A stretch of 64,000 nt of DNA. It comes from Gammaproteobacteria bacterium (GTDB lineage: Bacteria > Pseudomonadota > Gammaproteobacteria > JAJFKG01). The notes below the pieces were generated by a model. The model saw nothing but the letters and a program-made list of their open reading frames with translations. It was not told the origin of the DNA and searched no databases. Position 1 is the first letter of the stretch; each line of letters starts with the position of its first letter. The translations under genes and the position numbers were made by a program. This document shows positions 39,197 through 51,514 of the stretch, piece after piece. Location: the NCBI GenBank assembly GCA_965116795.1, contig OZ220716.1, forward strand, positions 970,503 to 1,034,502, written 5' to 3'.

Positions 39197-39874
39197 ATGG
39201 CAATCGGGCTAGTAGGACGTAAAGTAGGCATGACCCGCGTCTTTACTGATGCTGGTGAATCAGTTGCAGTGACGGTATTACATGTGGAACCTAACCACGT
39301 TACCCAAATTAAAACCATCGATAATGATGGCTATGATGCATTGCAAGTGACCACCGGTACACGTTCGCCTAATCGCGTTAATAAACCAATGGCTGGACAC
39401 CTACAACAATCTGGTGTTGCATGTGGTCGCGGTCTTTGGGAATTTCGGTTAACACCAGCAGAGCTTGGACGCATTGAAGAAAGCCAAGACGATGCAATTA
39501 AACTAGGAAGTGCATTAACAGTAGATAATGTGTTTAGTGTTGGCCAATTGTTGGATGTAACTGCAGTAAGTAAAGGGAAGGGGTTTGCTGGTGTGATCAA
39601 GCGCCATAACTTTGCTACACAAGATGCCAGTCACGGTAACTCATTGGCACACCGTGCGCCAGGTTCGACCGGACAAAACCAAACACCAGGGCGTGTGTTT
39701 AAAGGTAAGAAGATGGCAGGGCAATTAGGTAACGTGCAAGTTAGCATACAAAATCTAGCAGTAGTGCAGATTGATAACGAACGTAACTTGTTATTAGTAA
39801 AAGGTGCGGTACCGGGTGCGCCGGGTGGTTATGTTATTATCGCACCAACGGTTAAGGCTAAAGCAGCCGCTTAA
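39197..39874 (+). CDS. rplC: 50S ribosomal protein L3
   Basis: [27 protein letters not shown]; ATG 39197. Confidence 0.98.
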   Translation: MAIGLVGRKVGMTRVFTDAGESVAVTVLHVEPNHVTQIKTIDNDGYDALQVTTGTRSPNRVNKPMAGHLQQSGVACGRGLWEFRLTPAELGRIEESQDDAIKLGSALTVDNVFSVGQLLDVTAVSKGKGFAGVIKRHNFATQDASHGNSLAHRAPGSTGQNQTPGRVFKGKKMAGQLGNVQVSIQNLAVVQIDNERNLLLVKGAVPGAPGGYVIIAPTVKAKAAA

Positions 39875-39919
39875 CGTCATGTAGTAATTTGATAGTATTT
39901 TTGTGACGAGGAGATCAAC

Positions 39920-40546
39920 ATGGAACTTAACATAGCAGTTCCTGGAAAAAAAACGAAGTCGGGCAAAGTCAGTGTCTCAGATGCGATTTTTGCGCAATCG
40001 TTTAATCAAAGCTTGATTCATCAAGTGGTCACTGCGTATTTAGCCGGTAGTCGTGCGGGTACACGTAGTCAGAAAAATCGTTCGGCTGTTAGTGGCGGTG
40101 GTAAAAAACCGTGGCGACAAAAAGGAACGGGTAATGCGCGTGCTGGTACTATTCGCAGCCCATTGTGGCGTGGTGGTGGTGTTACATTCGCCGCTAAGCG
40201 ACAAGACCATTCACAAAAAGTGAATAAAAAAATGTTTCGTCAGGCAATGCGTAGCATTTTATCTGAATTGGTGCGTCAACAGCGATTAGTAGTTGTTAAC
40301 ACGTTAGATATTACTGAGCCGAAAACCAAACTGATGGTTAAGTTGCTCGACGGTTTACAGTTACGTGATACAACAACATTGTTTGTCACGGAAACGTTAA
40401 ATGAAAATGCGTATTTAGCCATGCGTAATCTACATCAAGTTGCTATGGTAGATGTAATGGAAGTTAACCCAGTGAATTTGATTCGCTATGACAACATCGT
40501 GATGACTGAAGCAGCGATTAATGCATTAACAGAGAGATTGCAATGA
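39920..40546 (+). CDS. rplD: 50S ribosomal protein L4
   Basis: [14 protein letters not shown]. Confidence 0.98.
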   Translation: MELNIAVPGKKTKSGKVSVSDAIFAQSFNQSLIHQVVTAYLAGSRAGTRSQKNRSAVSGGGKKPWRQKGTGNARAGTIRSPLWRGGGVTFAAKRQDHSQKVNKKMFRQAMRSILSELVRQQRLVVVNTLDITEPKTKLMVKLLDGLQLRDTTTLFVTETLNENAYLAMRNLHQVAMVDVMEVNPVNLIRYDNIVMTEAAINALTERLQ

Positions 40547-40845
40547 ATACCGACCGTTTAATGACAATTTTGCACGCACCGCATGTTTCTGAAAAAGCAA
40601 CCATTGCTGCGGATACGAATCGTGCCTATGCATTTCGGGTGCAACCAGATGCGACTAAACGTGAGGTCAAACAAGCGGTAGAGTTAATGTTTGATGTCAA
40701 AGTTGCTACGGTTAATGTATTAAAACAAGTTGGTAAACAAAAACGTTTTGGTAAACGCATGGGTCGCCAGAGTGGGTATAAGAAAGCATATGTCACGTTA
40801 GTGGAAGGTAATGAAATTCACTTTGGTGATGAAGGGGGCAAATAA
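40543..40845 (+). CDS. rplW: 50S ribosomal protein L23
   Basis: PHVSEKA, KKAYVTL. Confidence 0.98.
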   Translation: MNTDRLMTILHAPHVSEKATIAADTNRAYAFRVQPDATKREVKQAVELMFDVKVATVNVLKQVGKQKRFGKRMGRQSGYKKAYVTLVEGNEIHFGDEGGK

Positions 40846-40848
40846 GCA

Positions 40849-41685
40849 ATGGCACAGATGGTAAAAGCAAAACCAACATCAGCTGGGCGTCGATTTGTTG
40901 TTAGCGTTCGTAATGACGAGCTTTATAAAGGTCGGCCATATGCACCCTTGACGAGTAAATTATCGAAGACGGGTGGGCGCAATAACATGGGGCGGATCAC
41001 CACGCGTCACCATGGTGGTGGTCATAAGCGTTTGTACCGTCAAATTGATTTTAAACGTAATGATAAAGATGGGATCGTCGCAACCGTAGAGCGGATTGAA
41101 TATGATCCTAATCGCAGTGCCAATATTGCATTGTTGCTATATGCTGATGGTGAACGTCGTTATATTATTGCACCCGATGGTGTTAAAGTTGGTCATCAGT
41201 TGCAATCAGGTACACAAGTACCAATTAAAGCAGGTAACTGCTTACCGTTAAATCGGATCCCAGTGGGTACGGTGATCCACTGTATTGAGCTCAAACCACA
41301 AAAAGGTGCGCAAATGGCACGTAGTGCTGGTGCAGCAGTGCAATTGGTAGCACGTGAAGGCGTGCATGCAACATTACGTTTGCGTTCAGGTGAAATGCGT
41401 AAAGTGTTGGCTGATTGTCGCGCCACAATTGGTAGTGTTAGCAATAGTGAACATAATTTGCGTTCACTGGGTAAAGCAGGTGCAAGTCGCTGGCGCGGTC
41501 GTCGTCCAACGGTACGTGGTGTGGTGATGAATCCAGTTGATCACCCGCATGGTGGTGGTGAAGGGCGTAGTTCCGGTGGACGGCATCCAGTAACCCCATG
41601 GGGTGTGTCTACCAAAGGGCATAAGACACGTAAAAATAAGCGTACAGATAATATGATCGTGCGCAGACGTAGTAAGAAGAAATAG
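40849..41685 (+). CDS. rplB: 50S ribosomal protein L2
   Basis: [21 protein letters not shown]. Confidence 0.99.
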   Translation: MAQMVKAKPTSAGRRFVVSVRNDELYKGRPYAPLTSKLSKTGGRNNMGRITTRHHGGGHKRLYRQIDFKRNDKDGIVATVERIEYDPNRSANIALLLYADGERRYIIAPDGVKVGHQLQSGTQVPIKAGNCLPLNRIPVGTVIHCIELKPQKGAQMARSAGAAVQLVAREGVHATLRLRSGEMRKVLADCRATIGSVSNSEHNLRSLGKAGASRWRGRRPTVRGVVMNPVDHPHGGGEGRSSGGRHPVTPWGVSTKGHKTRKNKRTDNMIVRRRSKKK

Positions 41686-41697
41686 AGGAATAACGAC

Positions 41698-41973
41698 GTG
41701 GCACGTTCAGTAAAGAAAGGACCATTTGTTGATTTGCATTTGCAACGCAAAGTGGAAGAGGCGCAACGGACGAATAGTCGAAAACCGATTAAGACATGGT
41801 CGCGTCGCTCAACAATTACGCCTGATATGATGGGATTGAATATTGCGGTGCACAATGGTCGGCAACACGTGCCAATATTGCTGACTGAAAATATGGTTGG
41901 GCATAAGCTTGGTGAATTTGCTCCAACTCGTACGTTTAAAGGGCACCCTGCAGATAAGAAAGCGGGTAAGTAG
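41698..41973 (+). CDS. rpsS: 30S ribosomal protein S19
   Basis: [18 protein letters not shown]. Confidence 0.99.
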   Translation: MARSVKKGPFVDLHLQRKVEEAQRTNSRKPIKTWSRRSTITPDMMGLNIAVHNGRQHVPILLTENMVGHKLGEFAPTRTFKGHPADKKAGK

Positions 41974-41993
41974 CAGGAAAATATTAGAGGTTA

Positions 41994-42341
41994 ATGATCA
42001 TGAATACAGTATCAGCAACATTACGCTTTGTTCGCTTGTCAGCGCAAAAGGCGCGCCTAGTGGCTGATCAAATTCGTGGTTTACCGGTGGATAAAGCCGT
42101 GGAGTTGTTAATGTACAGTCCAAAACGGCCAGCTAAAGTCATTAAAAAAGTATTGGATTCAGCGATTGCGAATGCAGAGCATAACAATAGTCTGGACATT
42201 GATGAATTAACAGTGAGACGGATCATGGTTGATCAAGGGCCTAATTACAAACGTATTCGCCCACGCGCAAAAGGACGGGCATGTCGTATTTTAAAACCAA
42301 CGAGTCATATTACTGTTGAAGTTGGGGTAATAGAGGAGTAA
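41994..42341 (+). CDS. rplV: 50S ribosomal protein L22
   Basis: [26 protein letters not shown]. Confidence 0.98.
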   Translation: MIMNTVSATLRFVRLSAQKARLVADQIRGLPVDKAVELLMYSPKRPAKVIKKVLDSAIANAEHNNSLDIDELTVRRIMVDQGPNYKRIRPRAKGRACRILKPTSHITVEVGVIEE

Positions 42342-42345
42342 CTGA

Positions 42346-43041
42346 ATGGGTCAGAAAGTACACCCAACGGGTATGCGGTTAGGGATCATTCGTGATTGGT
42401 CATCCAAGTGGTATGCCAGTAAACGCGATTTTCCCAAGATCCTAAATGAAGATATTAGAGTGCGTCGTCACATTGAAAAGGTGTTGGCACAAGCATTGGT
42501 TAGCCATGTGCAAATTGAGCGTCCAGCACGCAATGCCAAGATCACGATTTATGCAGCGCGTCCAGGGGTGGTTATTGGTAAAAAAGGTAGTGATGTTGAA
42601 CGGTTGCGCGCAACGGTGAGCAATATGATGGGTGTGCCGGTTCACATTGATATTAAAGAAGTACGCAAGCCAGAATTAAACGCAACCTTAGTGGCAATCA
42701 GTATTGCACAACAATTGGAGCGTCGAGTGATGTTTCGTCGTGCAATGAAACGTGCGGTGAGTAGTGCAATGCGCTTGGGTGCTGAGGGCATCAAAATTAA
42801 TGTTGCTGGTCGTTTAGGTGGTGCTGAGATCGCGCGTAATGAATGGTACCGTGAAGGGCGTGTACCGTTACACACGTTCCGTGCGGATATCGATTATGGC
42901 GTTGCCAGAGCACAAACGACATATGGGGTGATTGGGGTTAAAGTATGGATCTTTAAAGGTGAGATCGTGAGCCCTAGTCAAAAAGAAGACCGTCAACAGG
43001 GTAGTGGTGATGTAGCATCAACCACTGAGACGGCAGTGTAA
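42346..43041 (+). CDS. rpsC: 30S ribosomal protein S3
   Basis: MGQKVHP, GRVPLHT. Confidence 0.99.
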   Translation: MGQKVHPTGMRLGIIRDWSSKWYASKRDFPKILNEDIRVRRHIEKVLAQALVSHVQIERPARNAKITIYAARPGVVIGKKGSDVERLRATVSNMMGVPVHIDIKEVRKPELNATLVAISIAQQLERRVMFRRAMKRAVSSAMRLGAEGIKINVAGRLGGAEIARNEWYREGRVPLHTFRADIDYGVARAQTTYGVIGVKVWIFKGEIVSPSQKEDRQQGSGDVASTTETAV

Positions 43042-43053
43042 TTGAGGTGAAAC

Positions 43054-43467
43054 ATGCTGCAACCAAAGCGCACTAAATTTAGAAAACAGCAAAAAGGGCG
43101 TAATCGTGGCTTAGCACAGCGCGGTAGTAAAGTCAGTTTTGGTGATTTTGGCTTGAAAGCCACAGGGCGTGGGCGGTTAACGTCACGTCAAATCGAAGCA
43201 GCGCGTCGCGCAATTTCGCGTGCGGTAAAGCGTGGTGGAAAAGTATGGATTCGGGTATTTCCCGATAAACCAATTACTAAAAAACCATTAGAAGTGCGTC
43301 AAGGGAAAGGTAAGGGTAGTGTCGAGTATTGGGTTGCATTAATCCAGCCTGGGCGTGTGTTATTTGAATTAGAGGGTGTACCTGAAGAGTTAGCACGTGA
43401 TGCTTTTGAAAAAGCAGCGTCTAAATTACCGTTTAAAACCCTCTTTGTATCGCGGACGGTGATGTAA
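43054..43467 (+). CDS. rplP: 50S ribosomal protein L16
   Basis: [20 protein letters not shown]. Confidence 0.99.
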   Translation: MLQPKRTKFRKQQKGRNRGLAQRGSKVSFGDFGLKATGRGRLTSRQIEAARRAISRAVKRGGKVWIRVFPDKPITKKPLEVRQGKGKGSVEYWVALIQPGRVLFELEGVPEELARDAFEKAASKLPFKTLFVSRTVM

Positions 43468-43673
43468 TGAAAGCAGTTGAGTTACGTAAAAAATCGTTAA
43501 CGGAGTTGCAACAAGAATTACGTGAATTGTTGCGTGAACAATTTAACTTAAAAATGCAGCGTGGTGCTGGGCATGCAACGCGTACTCATTTATTTAAAGA
43601 AGTACGATGTAATATTGCTCGGGTAAAAACACTGATGCATGAGCAACAAACGGCAAAAGGTGGTGAGCAATAA
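43467..43673 (+). CDS. rpmC: 50S ribosomal protein L29
   Basis: MKAVELR, IARVKT; operon position. Confidence 0.97.
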   Translation: MKAVELRKKSLTELQQELRELLREQFNLKMQRGAGHATRTHLFKEVRCNIARVKTLMHEQQTAKGGEQ

Positions 43674-43948
43674 TGGCGGAAGTAGAACAAAAGCAGCGTA
43701 CAGTTACCGGTATCGTTGTTAGCGATGCCATGGATAAAACAATTGTGGTGCGTGTTGAGCGTCGAGTAAAACATCCATTGTATGGTAAAGTGATACGTCG
43801 CTTTAGTAAATTGCATGCACATGATGAAGACAATCAATGTCGTTTAGGTGATACCGTTGCTGTGTGTGCATCGCGCCCACTGTCAAAGAAAAAACGTTGG
43901 TGTTTAGTTGAGATTAAACAACGTCAGTTTGCCGGAGAACAGCCATGA
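43673..43948 (+). CDS. rpsQ: 30S ribosomal protein S17
   Basis: [23 protein letters not shown]. Confidence 0.98.
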   Translation: MAEVEQKQRTVTGIVVSDAMDKTIVVRVERRVKHPLYGKVIRRFSKLHAHDEDNQCRLGDTVAVCASRPLSKKKRWCLVEIKQRQFAGEQP

Positions 43949-44310
43949 TTCAAATGGGAAGCAAATTGGCAATAGCCGACAACAGTGGTGCACGTGCGGT
44001 CGAATGCATTAAAGTACTGGGCGGTTCTAAGCGTCGTTATGCTGCTGTGGGTGATGTGATTAAAGTCTCAGTAAAAGAAGCGATCCCACGCAGCAAAGTG
44101 AAAAAAGGCGATGTGGTTAATGCTGTGGTGGTACGTACTAAAAAAGGTGTGCGCCGTCAGGACGGTTCGTTAATTCGTTTTGATGGTAATGCAGCTGTAT
44201 TACTGAATGCACAATTGCAGCCGATTGGTACTCGGATCTTTGGTCCGGTTACTCGTGAATTGCGTGAACGTTTCATGCGAATTATTTCATTGGCGCCAGA
44301 GGTCTTATAG
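43945..44310 (+). CDS. rplN: 50S ribosomal protein L14
   Basis: [21 protein letters not shown]. Confidence 0.99.
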   Translation: MIQMGSKLAIADNSGARAVECIKVLGGSKRRYAAVGDVIKVSVKEAIPRSKVKKGDVVNAVVVRTKKGVRRQDGSLIRFDGNAAVLLNAQLQPIGTRIFGPVTRELRERFMRIISLAPEVL

Positions 44311-44327
44311 GTTTATTAAGCGAGTTT

Positions 44328-44684
44328 ATGATGGCAAAGGCAGATTCAAAAAAAATAGCACGCAATAAATACCGCATCAAAAAAAATGATGAAGTGGTAG
44401 TGATTGCAGGGCGTTCTAAAGGTGTGCAGGGTAAAGTATTACGCATGTGCCCAGATGAACGTGTGTATGTGGAAGGGGCGAATATGGTGACTAAACACGT
44501 GCGTCCTAATCCAAACATTGGTGAAGCAGGTGGACGTAAGCAGCAAGAAGCACCTCTACACATTTCTAATGTAGCGATATTCAACCCGAAGACTAAAAAA
44601 GCCGATCGGGTTGGTTATAAATATTTAGCTGATGGTAAAAAAGTACGGGTATTTTGCTCGACTAAAGAAGAAATTGATCTCTGA
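44328..44684 (+). CDS. rplX: 50S ribosomal protein L24
   Basis: KOW motif DEVVVIAG, EAPLHISNVA. Confidence 0.98.
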   Translation: MMAKADSKKIARNKYRIKKNDEVVVIAGRSKGVQGKVLRMCPDERVYVEGANMVTKHVRPNPNIGEAGGRKQQEAPLHISNVAIFNPKTKKADRVGYKYLADGKKVRVFCSTKEEIDL

Positions 44685-44702
44685 TATAGGTGATAAGCAG
44701 TC

Positions 44703-45248
44703 ATGATACGCTTTGAAGAGTTATACAAAACACAAATACACCAGAAATTAATGCAACAGTTTGGCATGAATGCAATGCAAGTGCCGCGCATTGAAAAAAT
44801 CACTTTGAATATGGGATTGGGTGAAGCGGCTGCAGATAAGAAAATCATTCAAGCAGCAGTTGGTGATATGACAGCGATTGCTGGGCAAAAGCCAGTGGTT
44901 ACTGTGGCGCGTAAATCAATTGCTGGGTTTAAAATTCGTGATGGGTGGCCTATTGGTTGTAAAGTAACATTACGTGGCAAGCGCATGTATGAATTTTTAG
45001 AGCGCTTGGTGTGCATTGCTATTCCACGGGTGCGTGATTTTCGTGGACTTGGCCCAAAATCATTTGATGGCCGTGGTAATTACAGTTTAGGTATCAATGA
45101 ACAGATCGTGTTTCCTGAAATTGATTATGACACGATTGATACGATTCGTGGATTAGATATCACGATCACCACCACTGCCAACACCAACGAACATGCCAAA
45201 GCATTATTAGCTGGTTTTGATTTTCCGTTTAAGAAAGAGGGTAATTGA
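44703..45248 (+). CDS. rplE: 50S ribosomal protein L5
   Basis: KITLNMG, FDGRGNY. Confidence 0.99.
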   Translation: MIRFEELYKTQIHQKLMQQFGMNAMQVPRIEKITLNMGLGEAAADKKIIQAAVGDMTAIAGQKPVVTVARKSIAGFKIRDGWPIGCKVTLRGKRMYEFLERLVCIAIPRVRDFRGLGPKSFDGRGNYSLGINEQIVFPEIDYDTIDTIRGLDITITTTANTNEHAKALLAGFDFPFKKEGN

Positions 45249-45250
45249 TA

Positions 45251-45550
45251 ATGGCGAAAAAATCAGTCATTGCACGCAATCAACAACGTCGCGCTACTGT
45301 TGCAAAGTATGCTGACAGACGTGCTGAGTTAAAAAAGCAAGCACGTTCATTAGATCCGGAAGTGCGTATGGCTGCAATAGCGAAGTTACAAGCATTACCA
45401 CGCAATGCAAGTCCGGTTAGGTTGCGTAATCGTTGTGAAGAAACTGGGCGTGGGCGTGGTGTTTACCGTCGCTTTAATTTAAGTCGTCATAAGTTACGCG
45501 AGTTTGCTATGAAAGGGCAAATTCCAGGTTTACGTAAATCAAGTTGGTAA
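45251..45550 (+). CDS. rpsN: 30S ribosomal protein S14, long form lacking the zinc ribbon
   Basis: [27 protein letters not shown]. Confidence 0.98.
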   Translation: MAKKSVIARNQQRRATVAKYADRRAELKKQARSLDPEVRMAAIAKLQALPRNASPVRLRNRCEETGRGRGVYRRFNLSRHKLREFAMKGQIPGLRKSSW

Positions 45551-45575
45551 AAGATTGATGAGGATGAAATAGAGT

Positions 45576-45974
45576 ATGAGCATGCAAGATCCTATCGCCG
45601 ATATGTTAATTCGCATCAAGAATGCGCAGGCGGTATTCAAGCAACATGTCAGCATGCCAGCATCTAATGTAAAGCAGGCAATTGCGGCTGTGTTGATGCA
45701 AGAAGGTTATGTCAACGATGTTGACTTAGTTGATGATGTTGAGGGTAAATCGCAATTGCGTATCACCTTAAAATACCACCAAGGTAAAGGTGTTATTTGG
45801 CAATTGAAACGGATTAGTCGACCAGGATTACGTATTTATAAAACGTGTAAACAGTTACCACGGGTAATGGGTGGTTTAGGTGTGGCGATTATTTCCACCT
45901 CGCAGGGAGTAATGGCTGATCACAAAGCACGCCAATGTGGCTTGGGTGGTGAAGTGCTTGTTGAAGTCAAATAG
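45576..45974 (+). CDS. rpsH: 30S ribosomal protein S8
   Basis: [16 protein letters not shown]. Confidence 0.99.
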   Translation: MSMQDPIADMLIRIKNAQAVFKQHVSMPASNVKQAIAAVLMQEGYVNDVDLVDDVEGKSQLRITLKYHQGKGVIWQLKRISRPGLRIYKTCKQLPRVMGGLGVAIISTSQGVMADHKARQCGLGGEVLVEVK

Positions 45975-46002
45975 CCTGAAGATGAATTAGGAGACAGATA
46001 GT

Positions 46003-46539
46003 ATGTCATTACGTGTTGCAAACAAGCCGATTCAAGTGCCAACGGGCGTTGACGTTAATGTCAACGGTCAGCAACTTGATATTAAAGGCAGCAAAGGCGC
46101 ACTGACTCATGTATTACACGATGCAGTGAATATCACTCATCAAGATGGTGTGTTGCAATTGTCGGCGAGTAATAACCAGCCAGACAACATTGCGTTGACG
46201 GGCACCATGCGTGCCTTAATCAATAATATTGTGATTGGGGTCAGTCAGGGTTTTGAACGCAAACTTGAATTAAAAGGGGTAGGTTACCGCGCACAAGTGC
46301 AAGGTAAGAACTTGAATTTAACTGTTGGTTTTTCGCATCCGGTTGTTTTCCCGGTGCCTGAGGGAATTACCATTGAAACACCCAGTCAAACTGAGATTGT
46401 GGTCAAAGGTGCAGATAAGCAATTGGTGGGGCAAGTGACGGCTAATATTCGCCGTATTCGTCCACCTGATGCGTATAAAGGTAAAGGCATTCGTTATGCC
46501 GATGAACGAATTAGTTTGAAAGAAACTAAGAAAAAATAA
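46003..46539 (+). CDS. rplF: 50S ribosomal protein L6
   Basis: [14 protein letters not shown]. Confidence 0.99.
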   Translation: MSLRVANKPIQVPTGVDVNVNGQQLDIKGSKGALTHVLHDAVNITHQDGVLQLSASNNQPDNIALTGTMRALINNIVIGVSQGFERKLELKGVGYRAQVQGKNLNLTVGFSHPVVFPVPEGITIETPSQTEIVVKGADKQLVGQVTANIRRIRPPDAYKGKGIRYADERISLKETKKK

Positions 46540-46542
46540 CGC

Positions 46543-46614
46543 TATACTCAACGCATTTTGAATTTAGGCGAGGCGTAGCCAACAAAGACCTAAATTTAAA
46601 ACGTGAAGAGTATA
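46543..46614. repeat. Short (72-bp) ERIC-like palindromic element between rplF and rplR
   Basis: TATACTC...GAGTATA termini, long hairpin; looks like an internally deleted version of 11158-11320. Confidence 0.8.
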
Positions 46615-46677
46615 TTCTTGGTGGTTTCATCAGGGTTGTTATTTGGGTATTAAAACAATTTAAGTTGAGTAAAGCAG

Positions 46678-47028
46678 ATGAATTTACGTAAACAATCACG
46701 CCTACGCCGCGCTAAGCGTAGCCGCAAAAAGATGCAAGAGTTGTGCGCAACACGATTATCAGTGCACCGCACACCAAAGCATATCTATGCACAAATGATC
46801 GATGCCAGCGGTAAAGTGGTTGCTGCTGCATCCAGTATTGAAAAAGAAATGGCGCAGCAAGGTTATACCGGCAATGTAGCTATGGCAAAACGCGTAGGTG
46901 AAGCTGTTGCTAAGCGTGCTAAGCAAGCCGGTGTTGAACGAGTCGCGTTTGATCGTTCTGGGTTTAAGTACCATGGTCGTGTTAAAGCGTTGGCAGACGC
47001 TGCACGTGAAGGTGGTATTGAGTTTTAA
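46678..47028 (+). CDS. rplR: 50S ribosomal protein L18
   Basis: [17 protein letters not shown]. Confidence 0.99.
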   Translation: MNLRKQSRLRRAKRSRKKMQELCATRLSVHRTPKHIYAQMIDASGKVVAAASSIEKEMAQQGYTGNVAMAKRVGEAVAKRAKQAGVERVAFDRSGFKYHGRVKALADAAREGGIEF

Positions 47029-47042
47029 TAAAGGGTAATAGC

Positions 47043-47594
47043 ATGGCAACATACGATCAATCAACAAGTAGTGATGGCTTAATTGAAAAATTAGTAGCAG
47101 TTAACCGTACCGCAAAAGTGGTTAAAGGTGGGCGCATCTTTGGTTTTACTGCAACAGTAGTTGTTGGTGATGGTAAAGGACGTATTGGTTATGGTCGTGG
47201 TAAAGCACGCGAAGTCCCCCCAGCAATTCAAAAAGCATTAGAGCAAGCACGTCGTGACATGACCAGTGTCGCTTTAAAAGGATCGACATTGCATTATGCG
47301 ATAACCGCTAACCATGGCGCTTCTAAAGTATTTATGCAACCTGCTACCGAGGGTACTGGAATTATTGCAGGTGGTGCGATGCGTGCAGTGTTTGAAGTAT
47401 TAGGCGTGCACAATGTGTTAGCTAAGTGTTTTGGTTCAACCAATCCAATGAATGTTGTGTTGGCAACAATTAAGGGGTTAAGACAAATTGCCGCCCCTGA
47501 AGCGATTGCTGAAAAACGCGGCAAACCGATTCATGCATTGTGGCATGGTACTAAGAAGCAATCTAAAGATACTGATCAGGCAGCAGCGGAGTAA
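47043..47594 (+). CDS. rpsE: 30S ribosomal protein S5
   Basis: [15 protein letters not shown]. Confidence 0.99.
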   Translation: MATYDQSTSSDGLIEKLVAVNRTAKVVKGGRIFGFTATVVVGDGKGRIGYGRGKAREVPPAIQKALEQARRDMTSVALKGSTLHYAITANHGASKVFMQPATEGTGIIAGGAMRAVFEVLGVHNVLAKCFGSTNPMNVVLATIKGLRQIAAPEAIAEKRGKPIHALWHGTKKQSKDTDQAAAE

Positions 47595-47599
47595 ATGCC

Positions 47600-47797
47600 A
47601 TGGCAGCAGGTAAAACAAATAAACAGTTATCAGTGACATTAGTCAAAAGTCCGATTGGTGCATTGCCACGGCATCGTGATTGTGTACGTGGTTTGGGTCT
47701 GCGTCGATTACACCATACGGTGACGTTAGTGGATACGCCTGCCGTGCGTGGGATGATCAATCATGTTAATCATCTAGTAACGGTTGAGGAAGGGTAG
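47600..47797 (+). CDS. rpmD: 50S ribosomal protein L30
   Basis: KSPIG, GLGLRR, RGMI. Confidence 0.97.
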   Translation: MAAGKTNKQLSVTLVKSPIGALPRHRDCVRGLGLRRLHHTVTLVDTPAVRGMINHVNHLVTVEEG

Positions 47798-47799
47798 TT

Positions 47800-48234
47800 A
47801 TGCGACTTAATACATTACAACCAGCAACAGGTGCCAAGCAGGTGGCAAAACGTCGTGGACGTGGTATCGGATCTGGCTTAGGTAAAACCGGTGGCCGTGG
47901 TCATAAAGGACAAAAATCACGTTCAGGTGGTTATCATAAAGTTGGGTTCGAAGGTGGGCAAATGCCATTACAACGCCGTTTACCAAAGTTTGGTTTTAAT
48001 TCTTGGCGTAAACGGGTGACCGCTGAAATTCGCTTAAGTGATATTGAAGCAATGCAAGCTAACGAGATCACATTAGCATCATTGAATGTTGCAGGGGTTA
48101 TTAGTAGTAATATGCGCTTTGCCAAAGTTATTCTCTCAGGCGAGTTAACCCGCACAGTGACAGTGCGAGGATTACGTGTCACTAAAGGTGCGCGTCAAGC
48201 AATTGCCAAAGCCGGAGGCAAGGTCGAAGACTAA
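47800..48234 (+). CDS. rplO: 50S ribosomal protein L15
   Basis: [16 protein letters not shown]. Confidence 0.99.
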   Translation: MRLNTLQPATGAKQVAKRRGRGIGSGLGKTGGRGHKGQKSRSGGYHKVGFEGGQMPLQRRLPKFGFNSWRKRVTAEIRLSDIEAMQANEITLASLNVAGVISSNMRFAKVILSGELTRTVTVRGLRVTKGARQAIAKAGGKVED

Positions 48235-49562
48235 TGGTACGTGCAGCTGCAACCACAATGATGCCTCAAGTGAAAGGCGGGCTTGGCGAATTAAAACGCC
48301 GAATACTCGTTGTATTATTAGCTATTGTGGTTTTTCGCATTGGTGCACACATTACGATTCCTGGATTGGATCCACAACGATTAGCCGATCTGTTTTCACG
48401 ACAAGCTAGTGGTATTATTGGTTTATTTAACTTATTTTCTGGTGGTGCACTAGGACGGTTAAGTGTCTTTGCATTGGGTGTGATGCCTTATATTACTGCT
48501 TCAATCATTATGCAATTGTTAAGTGCAGTGATGCCGCAGTTAGAACAATTGAAAAAAGAAGGCGAAGCAGGTCGTCGTAAGATCAATCAGTACACGCGTT
48601 ATGGCACGTTGGTATTATCGATATTCCAAGCATTTGGTATGGCAAAGTTGTTAGCCACATCAGGCGCTGCACTGCAACCTGGCTTTACCTATTACTTCAC
48701 GTCAACGGTCACCTTAGCAACCGGTTGTTTATTTTTGATGTGGTTAGGTGAGCAAGTGACTGAGCGCGGTGTTGGTAATGGGATTTCAATTATTATTTTC
48801 GCCGGTATTGTGTCGGGTTTTCCTGGTGCGATTGGTAATGTCCTTGAGCAAGTACGTGAAGGGCAAATGTCAATGTTGGTACTGTTAGTGGTGATTGCAT
48901 TGATATTAGCGGTGACGGGTTTTGTAGTATTTATGGAACGTGGGCAGCGTCGGATCACAGTGAATTATGCCAGACGTCAACAAGGGCGACGTATGTATGC
49001 TGCGCAAAGTAGTCATTTGCCATTAAAGGTAAATATGGCTGGGGTTATCCCACCAATCTTTGCATCTAGCATTATTTTATTCCCAGCAACCTTAGCTAAC
49101 TTTTTTGGGCAAGGTACTGGGGCAAGTTGGCTAAACCAAGTCAGTGCAATGTTAGGCTATGGCCAGCCGTTATATATTTTAATTTTGGCAGTGGGTATTG
49201 TGTTTTTCTGTTTTTTTTATACGGCATTGGTGTTTAATCCACGCGATACTGCAGATAATTTAAAAAAATCAGGTGCATTTATTCCAGGATACCGTCCTGG
49301 GGAGCAAACGGCGAAATACATCGATGATGTCATGACACGGTTAACATTAGTTGGCGCAATGTATTTGGTTGCCGTATCATTGTTACCGGAGTTTATGTCG
49401 CAAGTGTGGGGTGTTCCTTTTTATTTTGGTGGGACATCATTGTTGATTGTCGTCGTCGTCGTAATGGACTTTATGGCGCAAGTACAAGCCCATCTAATGT
49501 CACATCAATATGAATCGTTGATGCGCAAACAAGGTGGTAAAAGCGGCGGCTTGCTGCGTTAG
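48234..49562 (+). CDS. secY: Preprotein translocase subunit SecY
   Basis: [29 protein letters not shown]. Confidence 0.99.
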   Translation: MVRAAATTMMPQVKGGLGELKRRILVVLLAIVVFRIGAHITIPGLDPQRLADLFSRQASGIIGLFNLFSGGALGRLSVFALGVMPYITASIIMQLLSAVMPQLEQLKKEGEAGRRKINQYTRYGTLVLSIFQAFGMAKLLATSGAALQPGFTYYFTSTVTLATGCLFLMWLGEQVTERGVGNGISIIIFAGIVSGFPGAIGNVLEQVREGQMSMLVLLVVIALILAVTGFVVFMERGQRRITVNYARRQQGRRMYAAQSSHLPLKVNMAGVIPPIFASSIILFPATLANFFGQGTGASWLNQVSAMLGYGQPLYILILAVGIVFFCFFYTALVFNPRDTADNLKKSGAFIPGYRPGEQTAKYIDDVMTRLTLVGAMYLVAVSLLPEFMSQVWGVPFYFGGTSLLIVVVVVMDFMAQVQAHLMSHQYESLMRKQGGKSGGLLR

Positions 49563-49618
49563 ATGAATGGGTTTTAACGAAGCCTACAATTCAAGGGCGT
49601 AGAGTATTAGGTAGGAAA

Positions 49619-49732
49619 ATGAAAGTAAGAGCTTCAGTCAAAAAAATTTGCCGCAACTGCAAAATCATCAAGCGCAATGGGGTTGTGCGGGTGATTTGCA
49701 AAGAGAAGCGGCATAAGCAACGCCAAGGTTAA
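49619..49732 (+). CDS. rpmJ: 50S ribosomal protein L36, zinc-binding form; not in the ORF track
   Basis: Hand translation [37 protein letters not shown]. Confidence 0.97.
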   Translation: MKVRASVKKICRNCKIIKRNGVVRVICKEKRHKQRQG

Positions 49733-49739
49733 GTTATCG

Positions 49740-49768
49740 TTGATTTTTGATGTCAACAACGTTATCCT
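49740..49768 (+). promoter_or_regulatory. Probable alpha-operon promoter
   Basis: TTGATT-17 bp-TATCCT between rpmJ and rpsM. Confidence 0.5.
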
Positions 49769-49820
49769 TGACGTCTTTTTTAGGCAGTTTATTGAACAAT
49801 TAACCCAAGGGGGCTAGATA

Positions 49821-50171
49821 ATGGCACGTATTGCAGGTGTCAATATTCCTGATCAAAAGCATGTAGTGATTTCACTGACCTACATCTATGGCATTGGTCG
49901 TCCAACCGCGCAAGCGATTTGTGCTGGTGCTGGGATTAATCCAACGACTAAAGTGCGTGATTTAGCGGAAGATGTGTTGGATAAAATTCGCAGTGAAATC
50001 ACCAAGTTAAAAGTTGAAGGTGATTTGCGTCGAGAAGTTGGGATGCATATTAAACGGTTGATGGATTTAGGCTGTTATCGTGGTTTGCGTCATCGTCGCA
50101 ATTTACCGGTGCGTGGCCAACGTACGCGTAGTAATGCAAGAACGCGACGTAGTCGGCGCAAACGTAGCTAA
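49821..50171 (+). CDS. rpsM: 30S ribosomal protein S13
   Basis: [15 protein letters not shown]. Confidence 0.99.
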   Translation: MARIAGVNIPDQKHVVISLTYIYGIGRPTAQAICAGAGINPTTKVRDLAEDVLDKIRSEITKLKVEGDLRREVGMHIKRLMDLGCYRGLRHRRNLPVRGQRTRSNARTRRSRRKRS

Positions 50172-50194
50172 CGTATAAATGATGAGTGGAAAAT

Positions 50195-50593
50195 ATGGCA
50201 CAAGTGAAAGGTAAAGTAAAAACACGTAAAAAAGCAAAACGCGTCGTTACTGATGGCATTGTTCATGTGTTTGCATCATTTAATAATACGATCATTACTA
50301 TTACTGATCGGCTTGGTAATACCTTAGCATGGTCAAGTGCAGCGAAGTGTGGGTTTAAAGGGTCACGTAAAAGTACACCGTTTGCTGCACAGATTGCCGC
50401 ACAAGAAGCCAGTAAAGTTGCGATAGAAACCTATGGGTTAAAAAGTGTTGAGGTTAAAGTCAAAGGGCCTGGTTCTGGCCGTGAGTCATCAGTGCGTGCA
50501 TTAGATGCCGCTGGGTTGAAGGTGATTGATATGGAAGATGTCACACCGATACCATTTAATGGTTGTCGTCCACCAAAAAAACGACGTGTATAA
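50195..50593 (+). CDS. rpsK: 30S ribosomal protein S11
   Basis: [24 protein letters not shown]; ATG 50195. Confidence 0.98.
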   Translation: MAQVKGKVKTRKKAKRVVTDGIVHVFASFNNTIITITDRLGNTLAWSSAAKCGFKGSRKSTPFAAQIAAQEASKVAIETYGLKSVEVKVKGPGSGRESSVRALDAAGLKVIDMEDVTPIPFNGCRPPKKRRV

Positions 50594-50613
50594 TAACTAG
50601 CCTAGGAGTAAAC

Positions 50614-51234
50614 ATGGCAAGGTATTTAGGTTCAAAATGTAAATGGGCGCGTCGCGAAGGCATTGACCTTGATTCTAAGAGTGGGATCCGTGCATTAGAT
50701 TCCAAATGTAAATTAACCACAAAGCCAGGACAACATGGGTTACGTGGTGGACGTAACACAGACTATGGTACCCAGTTGCGAGCCAAGCAAACCATTCGTC
50801 GTTATTACGATGTATTGGAACGTCAATTTCGTAATTACTTTAAAAAAGCAGTTAAGCGAGTCGGATCAACAGGGGAAAACTTGCTATCACTGTTGGAATC
50901 ACGTCTTGATAATGTCGTGTATCGCATGGGGTTTGCTTCAACACGTTCGGAAGCTAGACAACTAGTCTCACATAAAGCGATTTTGGTGAACGGTCGTTGT
51001 GTGAATATTCCATCGTATCATGTCAGTATTGATGATGTGATTGCAGTTCGGGAAAAATCAAGAAAACAATTGCGTATCCAAGCGGCACTTGAGATGGCCG
51101 GTGAGCGTGGTTTTCCTGAGTGGATGCAAGTTGATGAAAAGAAAATGGAAGGAGTCTTTAAGCGTTGTCCAGACCGAGATGATTTACCATCTTGGATGAA
51201 TGAACAACTGGTTGTGGAATTATATTCTAAATAA
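50614..51234 (+). CDS. rpsD: 30S ribosomal protein S4
   Basis: MARYLG start after AGGAG; [11 protein letters not shown]. Confidence 0.98.
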   Translation: MARYLGSKCKWARREGIDLDSKSGIRALDSKCKLTTKPGQHGLRGGRNTDYGTQLRAKQTIRRYYDVLERQFRNYFKKAVKRVGSTGENLLSLLESRLDNVVYRMGFASTRSEARQLVSHKAILVNGRCVNIPSYHVSIDDVIAVREKSRKQLRIQAALEMAGERGFPEWMQVDEKKMEGVFKRCPDRDDLPSWMNEQLVVELYSK

Positions 51235-51298
51235 CACAGTATTTATATTGTGTTATTGTGTTGCAGCATTGTAATAGTGTAACTAGTTGATTGTTCAG

Positions 51299-51333
51299 AT
51301 CCCAGATAGCCGTTCCACGGCTTCTGGGATAAC
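51299..51333. repeat. REP-like hairpin in an enlarged rpsD-rpoA spacer
   Basis: ATCCCAGA-TAGCCG-ttcca-CGGCT-TCTGGGAT. Confidence 0.5.
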
Positions 51334-51514
51334 GCCTCAACGCACAGAGGCTCTATTAAGTTGTTTTTGAATGAAAATTTATTTAGCCTTGTTAGAAAAG
51401 TCGAACATGGCGTTAGTTTGGTAACAGTATATTTTAGTTGAATGTTAGTGATTGGAATTCACTGGATGATGTCAATACGTAACAACCTCAACAATTAATA
51501 ACGGAGAAGCGTTT

